A stretch of DNA of 64,000 nucleotides from Patescibacteria group bacterium (GTDB lineage Bacteria > Patescibacteriota > UBA1384 > XYA2-FULL-43-10), in NCBI GenBank assembly GCA_041674405.1, contig JBAYVT010000001.1:181032-245031 (forward strand), read 5' to 3'. Within the stretch, counting starts at the first letter, position 1. Each line of letters starts with the position of its first letter. A program made the position numbers and the translations under genes. Below the pieces are notes generated by a model. It was given only the letters and a program-made list of their open reading frames with translations, was not told where the DNA came from and searched no databases. Positions 59,662 to 64,000 of this stretch are shown piece after piece.

Positions 59662-59738
59662 GGGCCCGTAGCTCAGTTGGTTAGAGCGCATCGTTGACAT
59701 CGATGAGGTCTGCAGTTCGAGTCTGCACGGGCCCACCA
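59662..59738 (+). tRNA. tRNA-Val (anticodon GAC), CCA encoded
   Basis: Manual cloverleaf: acceptor GGGCCCG/CGGGCCC, D-arm GCUC/GAGC, anticodon stem CAUCG/CGAUG with loop UUGACAU, T-arm UGCAG-UUCGAGU-CUGCA. Confidence 0.9.
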
Positions 59739-59744
59739 AAAAAA

Positions 59745-59769
59745 TCCCTACTTTGTTAGGAATTTTTTT
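59745..59769. terminator. hairpin TCCCTA-ctttgt-TAGGAA followed by TTTTTTT, downstream of the tRNA and of the convergent HTH-Hsp20 gene
   Basis: Seen in the sequence. Confidence 0.5.
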
Positions 59770-59790
59770 GTTATCTAACTTATTAATTTG

Positions 59791-60663
59791 TTACTTTTTG
59801 GCTTTTTTCTTGACCGCAATTTTGGCAGCTTGTTTCGGTGCGACTTTCGGTACAGTAATAGTCAAAATTCCGTTGTCCATCTCAGCTTCGGCCTTTTCTG
59901 ATTTAACTTCGGATGGCAGTGTGAAGCTTCTAGTAAATGATCCAGTATACATTTCTTTGTGATAAAATCCCTCGTCTTTTTCTTCCTTTTCCTCTTTTTT
60001 CTCACCAGAAATTGTCATTATGTTATCGGCAACTTCAACAGTGACATCTTCCTCGGCAACTCCCGGAAGTTCGGCTTTGACTATGACAGCGTCTTTGGTT
60101 TCTTTTACATTGATTTTCGGCATTCCGCCAGCCTTGGCTGGGGTGACAACGCTTTCCTCAAAAAGACGATCCATTGCATCACGGAGAGTAACCATTTCTC
60201 CGAAAGGGCGCCACGGCCCAATTTCTCTTGGCATAGAATTCTCCTTTACCCCGAGCCTGTCGAGGGGTTTACCCACCTCATCGAGCCTGTCGAGGGGTTT
60301 ACCCACCTCATCGAGCCTGTCGAGGGGTTTACCCACCTCATCGAGCCTGCCGAGGAGTCTCTCGTCCTCAATTTGTCCGAGTTGCCCAGCAGTTGCGGGG
60401 TTATGATTAATAATTTTTATTGGTGAATTATTTTCAAACATTTGATTAATTTCTTTTTCAAAATCAAATATTTCCTCAAATGCAGAATTGAAAAAATTGC
60501 ACATCGATACAACAAGGGGTAGTGATGGCATATATTTCCCCTGCTCAAGAGCGATCACAGACTGCCGGGAAATACCCAGAGCTTCGGCCAGTTCCTCTTG
60601 TGAAAGATCGTGTTGGCGACGAAGTTCGCGCAATCTGTTTTGAATGTTTGGTTCTTCTTTCAT
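59791..60663 (-). CDS. fusion protein: N-terminal XRE/Cro-type HTH DNA-binding domain plus repeat linker plus C-terminal small heat-shock protein (alpha-crystallin/Hsp20) domain
   Basis: HTH: LRELRRQHDLSQEELAEALGISRQSVIALEQGK. Linker: LDEVGKPLDR x3.5. ACD: INVKETKDAVIVKAELPGV...GILTITVPK. Confidence 0.85.
   Translation of the reverse strand: MKEEPNIQNRLRELRRQHDLSQEELAEALGISRQSVIALEQGKYMPSLPLVVSMCNFFNSAFEEIFDFEKEINQMFENNSPIKIINHNPATAGQLGQIEDERLLGRLDEVGKPLDRLDEVGKPLDRLDEVGKPLDRLGVKENSMPREIGPWRPFGEMVTLRDAMDRLFEESVVTPAKAGGMPKINVKETKDAVIVKAELPGVAEEDVTVEVADNIMTISGEKKEEKEEKDEGFYHKEMYTGSFTRSFTLPSEVKSEKAEAEMDNGILTITVPKVAPKQAAKIAVKKKAKK
60251..60356. repeat. perfect in-frame 30-bp tandem repeat (3.5 copies; TCGAGCCTGTCGAGGGGTTTACCCACCTCA) inside the HTH-Hsp20 gene
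   Basis: Copies at 60251, 60281, 60311 and a partial one at 60341. Copies 2 and 3 are identical. Confidence 0.9.
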
Positions 60664-60720
60664 AATTTTTTACTCATCAGTGATGGAATTCTGTGAAAGA
60701 TCCTTGTGGTTAAATTTCAT

Positions 60721-60757
60721 TGATGTAAAGTTTACTTTACATCATGATCTTTGTCAA
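60721..60757 (-). promoter_or_regulatory. promoter TTGACA-17-TAAACT (minus strand) whose -10 is embedded in a 24-bp palindrome TGATGTAAAGTTTACTTTACATCA (60721-60744); candidate autoregulatory operator of the HTH-Hsp20 gene
   Basis: Seen in the sequence. The core 20-mer equals the dnaK-upstream palindrome (707-726) except for one central base. Confidence 0.6.
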
Positions 60758-60849
60758 GGTGCCTTAAATGAAATCAAAAGCTAAATCAAGAATTAAAACC
60801 GCAAAAAAATCAATAAATTTCAAATTACATTTATTAATTTTAATTATAG

Positions 60850-61449
60850 TTATAGGTTATCTTTCCCATAGAGAAATATCTTTGTTTTTTTGCCCAAATT
60901 GAAGGTTTTAGCTGATTTTATGAATATGTGCTCGGTGAATGTAAAAGACAGCGAAACGACCCTGGCATCCTCTTTGATTGCTGCAAAAAACCATGGCTCG
61001 ATAGCAGTAAGAACCTTATTGAGCAAATATAGATATACTACATTAGCATGGCCTAAATGTTTTTTTGCTTTTTTAAAATCACCAAAAATTATTTTGATGT
61101 TTTTGCTCTCTCCGGCAAGAAATACGTTCCATCTTGATTTTAAAAAGCAGTAAGGCGAAATTTCTACCCCCACTCCTTTGGCTCCAAATATTCTGGCAGC
61201 AATTATTAAGCTCCTTGCGTTGCCACAACCGAGATCAACAACCAATTCGCCGCTTTTTAACTTGGCCAATTTGAATGCATCGATTATAGCTTGATCAGAA
61301 GCATATACCGTAGGCGCACTAAAAATCGCTGCAAACAAAAGCGATCCCTGCCAAAAGCAAAGTACAAAAGAAATAACTAAAAATATTATCAAAAATGCTG
61401 TCTGCATATTTACATGCGAATTATACCCGATCCAATGTGACGAGCTCAA
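60850..61449 (-). CDS. class I SAM-dependent methyltransferase with an N-terminal membrane anchor (start uncertain: 61449 or about 61407)
   Basis: Motif I VVDLGCGNA. Confidence 0.65.
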   Translation of the reverse strand: MSSSHWIGYNSHVNMQTAFLIIFLVISFVLCFWQGSLLFAAIFSAPTVYASDQAIIDAFKLAKLKSGELVVDLGCGNARSLIIAARIFGAKGVGVEISPYCFLKSRWNVFLAGESKNIKIIFGDFKKAKKHLGHANVVYLYLLNKVLTAIEPWFFAAIKEDARVVSLSFTFTEHIFIKSAKTFNLGKKTKIFLYGKDNL

Positions 61450-61542
61450 GCTTTGGGTGATAATCTCAAGATAATTTGAGGTTAAGCTCGGCCTATATCC
61501 TGATATATAGTATGCGTACTCACAAAATGATAAGATTCAAAT

Positions 61543-62016
61543 ATGAAACATAGAATTCAAAAAGCCACAATCGAAGATTTGCCCGAGGTCCAGCGATTGC
61601 GAAAGAAATTATTCGAATATGAAAAAGATCAGTTTGATAATCGACTTAATACCAAATGGTCTTACGAAGAAAAAGGTATCGAAAAATTAACTGAACGGAT
61701 TAAATCGCCAGATGATATTGTCCTTTTAGTCGAAAAAGAATCTAAAAACATAGGGATTTTGATTGGGTCTACCTGGGCCGACCCAACAATTAAGGATCAT
61801 AAATTAGTTGCCGAATTATCTTCTCTCTATATTGATGAAGGTTTTCGAGGCGAAGGCATCGGATCGGAATTGATCGAAAAATGCATAGCATGGGCCAAAG
61901 AAAAAGGGGCCGAGAGACTTACTCTAAATGTTGCGGCTGTTAATGATGCAGCACTTAGTCTTTACAAAAAATACGGATTTAATGATTATTATATGAAACT
62001 GAAAAAGGATTTATGA
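61543..62016 (+). CDS. GNAT-family N-acetyltransferase
   Basis: FRGEGIGSELIEKCIAWAKEKG motif A. Confidence 0.8.
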   Translation: MKHRIQKATIEDLPEVQRLRKKLFEYEKDQFDNRLNTKWSYEEKGIEKLTERIKSPDDIVLLVEKESKNIGILIGSTWADPTIKDHKLVAELSSLYIDEGFRGEGIGSELIEKCIAWAKEKGAERLTLNVAAVNDAALSLYKKYGFNDYYMKLKKDL

Positions 62017-62324
62017 TGGATATTTCCGAAATCTCAAAAAGAGCACTTGAAATAAGGTCAAAATACGCAGAATTGGAAATGAAAAAATTTGGACACGAGT
62101 GGTCTAATAAAGAAATATTTAAAGGGTTCAAAAAAGATGTTTCTGATTTAGAATCACTGATCGCTGACGATCAAATAAGACCATCAGAGTTTGCCCACGA
62201 ACTATCAGATTGCCTCTGGTCAATACTGGTCATGGCCAATAAATATGAAATAGATATTGAAAAATCTTTCCTTGAAACAATGAATGATTTAGAACAAAAA
62301 ATAAAACAGGAACTTGATCAATAA
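62013..62324 (+). CDS. MazG-like nucleotide pyrophosphohydrolase (small single-domain)
   Basis: EW..KE and ELSDCLWSILVMANKYEID pattern. Overlaps the GNAT stop by 4 nt. Confidence 0.65.
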   Translation: MMDISEISKRALEIRSKYAELEMKKFGHEWSNKEIFKGFKKDVSDLESLIADDQIRPSEFAHELSDCLWSILVMANKYEIDIEKSFLETMNDLEQKIKQELDQ

Positions 62325-62929
62325 TGGCAGTATTAATCAATTTTAAAATTTGTGACAATGCGGAAGAATGTGCCGGCATAGAAACCTGCCCGAGTGGCGC
62401 ACTTTCTTGGGATGATGAAAATAAGACGATCAAGATTGATAATGAGAAATGTACTAGCTGCGGCGCTTGCGAGAAAGCTTGTGGTGTTGAGGCAATCAAG
62501 GTTGCGAGAACTGATGCTGAATATGCGCAGATCACGAAAGAATTCGACGAGGATCCGCGTACCGTCAACGATCTCATGGTCGACCGCTATGGCGCACAAA
62601 TAATTTTGCCATTTAATTTAATAGATGATGAAAGATTCGAAATTGACATTCTAAAAAGTGAAAAACTTGCGGTAGTTGAATTATTTAAAAACGACACGAT
62701 CGAATGCATGATCAAGTCGATTCCAATCAAAGAGTTATTAGCCGGTTATGATTACAAATACCGCAAACTCGAAGTCAAAAACGAAGAAATTATGAAAAAG
62801 TATGATATTTCGCAACTTCCGGCACTGCTCTTTTTCAGAAATGGCAAACTAATTGGCAAGGTTGAAGAATATTTCACCACCGACCAAAAATCAGAAATTA
62901 TCGCAAAAATTAAAGAAATTATGAACTAA
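62324..62929 (+). CDS. hypothetical protein: N-terminal Cys-rich ferredoxin-like module plus C-terminal thioredoxin-like domain lacking CxxC
   Basis: CDNAEECAGIETCPSG and CTSCGACEKAC cysteine clusters. C-terminus resembles the Trx fold (LPALLFFRNGKLIGKV). Confidence 0.45.
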   Translation: MAVLINFKICDNAEECAGIETCPSGALSWDDENKTIKIDNEKCTSCGACEKACGVEAIKVARTDAEYAQITKEFDEDPRTVNDLMVDRYGAQIILPFNLIDDERFEIDILKSEKLAVVELFKNDTIECMIKSIPIKELLAGYDYKYRKLEVKNEEIMKKYDISQLPALLFFRNGKLIGKVEEYFTTDQKSEIIAKIKEIMN

Positions 62930-63909
62930 TGGCTAAAAATATCAAAAAAGTGAACAACGTGTCATTGATAGTTTTTTATGACCCCAAAGGCAAAATTATG
63001 CTTCAGGATAGAAGGGGGCATAGCAAGGTCGGAGAGGAATGGGGATTTTTCGGCGGACATATTGAAGAGGGCGAAACTCCCGAACAAACCCTAATCCGAG
63101 AAATTCAGGAAGAACTGGATATAGCCATTTCTGACTATAAATATATTGGAGAAGCAAATACACTAATCAACAATGTGGCGGTCAATCGCCACGTTTACAT
63201 TGCTCCTATCGGCGAAAAAGAACCAGAAATTAATCTGAAAGAAGGTCATGGTTGTAAATTTTTCACTATAAATAGCGCGAAAAATCTTAAAATGGTTCCC
63301 GGAGACGAAAAGGCAGTGGAATTAGTCGGTGAATCTTTGGAAAAATTAATGCCTGACTTATTAGAAAAATCTATTGAGTTTGTTGATAAATCGTTTGGCA
63401 AGAAATCGCCACATTTCGAGCGGGCGCTGTATTGGGTCAAAATTCTTAAACCCGACGCGGATGAAGCTTTACAAATCGCCGCATACTGTCACGATATCGA
63501 TCGATCAACTTGGATGAATTCGAAAGATCGCCCTGCTATCAGCAAGAAGCTGATGCTTCAAGATCTCGAAGCGATCCGAGAGCACGAGGAACATGGCGCA
63601 GAAATGATGTACGATTTCTTGGTCGCAAACGGAGCCGATGAATCTCTGGCAGAAAAAGTTCGCCACCTGATTTCTCGTCATGAAGAAGGCGACGATGACG
63701 AACAAAATGTTTTGAAAGATGCGGACTCTATAAGCTATTTTGAAACGAACGCGGAAAGACACATCGCAGAACTGGGCACATTCACATTTCACGAACTCAA
63801 ATCAAAAACCGACTACATGTTCAATCGCATTACCTCTCCCGAAGCCAAGAAACTTGCCGAGCCGAATTACAAGTCTGCAATTGAAAAATTAGAGAAAGCT
63901 GCCAAATAA
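62929..63909 (+). CDS. fusion protein: N-terminal Nudix hydrolase plus C-terminal HD-domain phosphohydrolase
   Basis: Nudix box GGHIEEGETPEQTLIREIQEELDI. HD motif AAYCHDIDRS...HEEHGAEMM. Confidence 0.8.
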   Translation: MAKNIKKVNNVSLIVFYDPKGKIMLQDRRGHSKVGEEWGFFGGHIEEGETPEQTLIREIQEELDIAISDYKYIGEANTLINNVAVNRHVYIAPIGEKEPEINLKEGHGCKFFTINSAKNLKMVPGDEKAVELVGESLEKLMPDLLEKSIEFVDKSFGKKSPHFERALYWVKILKPDADEALQIAAYCHDIDRSTWMNSKDRPAISKKLMLQDLEAIREHEEHGAEMMYDFLVANGADESLAEKVRHLISRHEEGDDDEQNVLKDADSISYFETNAERHIAELGTFTFHELKSKTDYMFNRITSPEAKKLAEPNYKSAIEKLEKAAK

Positions 63910-64000
63910 CAATGCAAATATTTTTTACCTTGCTGATAAAAATATCGCCTTTGTATGGGCTCATTGCCTTGTCTTATATTGTCGGCAAATTTTTTACCAT

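Noticed and set aside
60251-60356. Tandem 30-bp repeats considered as a CRISPR array
   Set aside because: The repeats are contiguous with no spacers and in frame within a coding sequence, and there are no cas genes. It is a protein-coding tandem repeat.

Overview
The window looks like a low-GC (about 40-45%) bacterial chromosome segment from a small-genome lineage (Patescibacteria/CPR-like; this is inference). It is gene-dense and mostly housekeeping: dnaK, a J-domain protein, obg, cdaA-cdaR, infB, gyrA, gyrB, rnhB, thrS, glyA and tsaC. It also has a cell-envelope glycosylation cluster, many secreted or membrane hypothetical proteins, and a giant secreted HExxH metalloprotease-like protein. 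Two RNA genes are not in the ORF track: an RNase P RNA (minus strand, about 49585-49915) and a tRNA-Val(GAC) at 59662-59738. Four things stand out.
1. A 20-bp palindrome (ATGTAAAGT-N2-ACTTTACAT) fused to a TTGACA promoter box occurs upstream of dnaK and, one central base aside, upstream of a gene encoding an XRE-type HTH domain fused to a small heat-shock (alpha-crystallin) domain. That gene carries perfect 30-bp in-frame tandem repeats in its linker. This is a candidate autoregulated heat-shock repressor/operator system.
2. Five GC-rich (about 55-60%) single-ORF islands sit in the AT-rich background. One of them (an HD plus methyltransferase fusion gene next to rnpB) is bracketed by 22-bp perfect direct repeats and hairpins, which makes it look like an inserted cassette.
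3. Nudix, HD and MazG nucleotide-hydrolase domains are unusually dense, including an Obg GTPase with a C-terminal Nudix domain, a Nudix-HD fusion, and a Nudix ORF with no canonical start codon directly after the thrS stop.
4. glyA sits in a pyrimidine dNTP neighbourhood with an HD hydrolase, a divergent 535-aa protein with possible ThyX-like features, a dCMP deaminase and a dCTP deaminase.
All functional calls rest on motif recognition by eye. No database searches were run.
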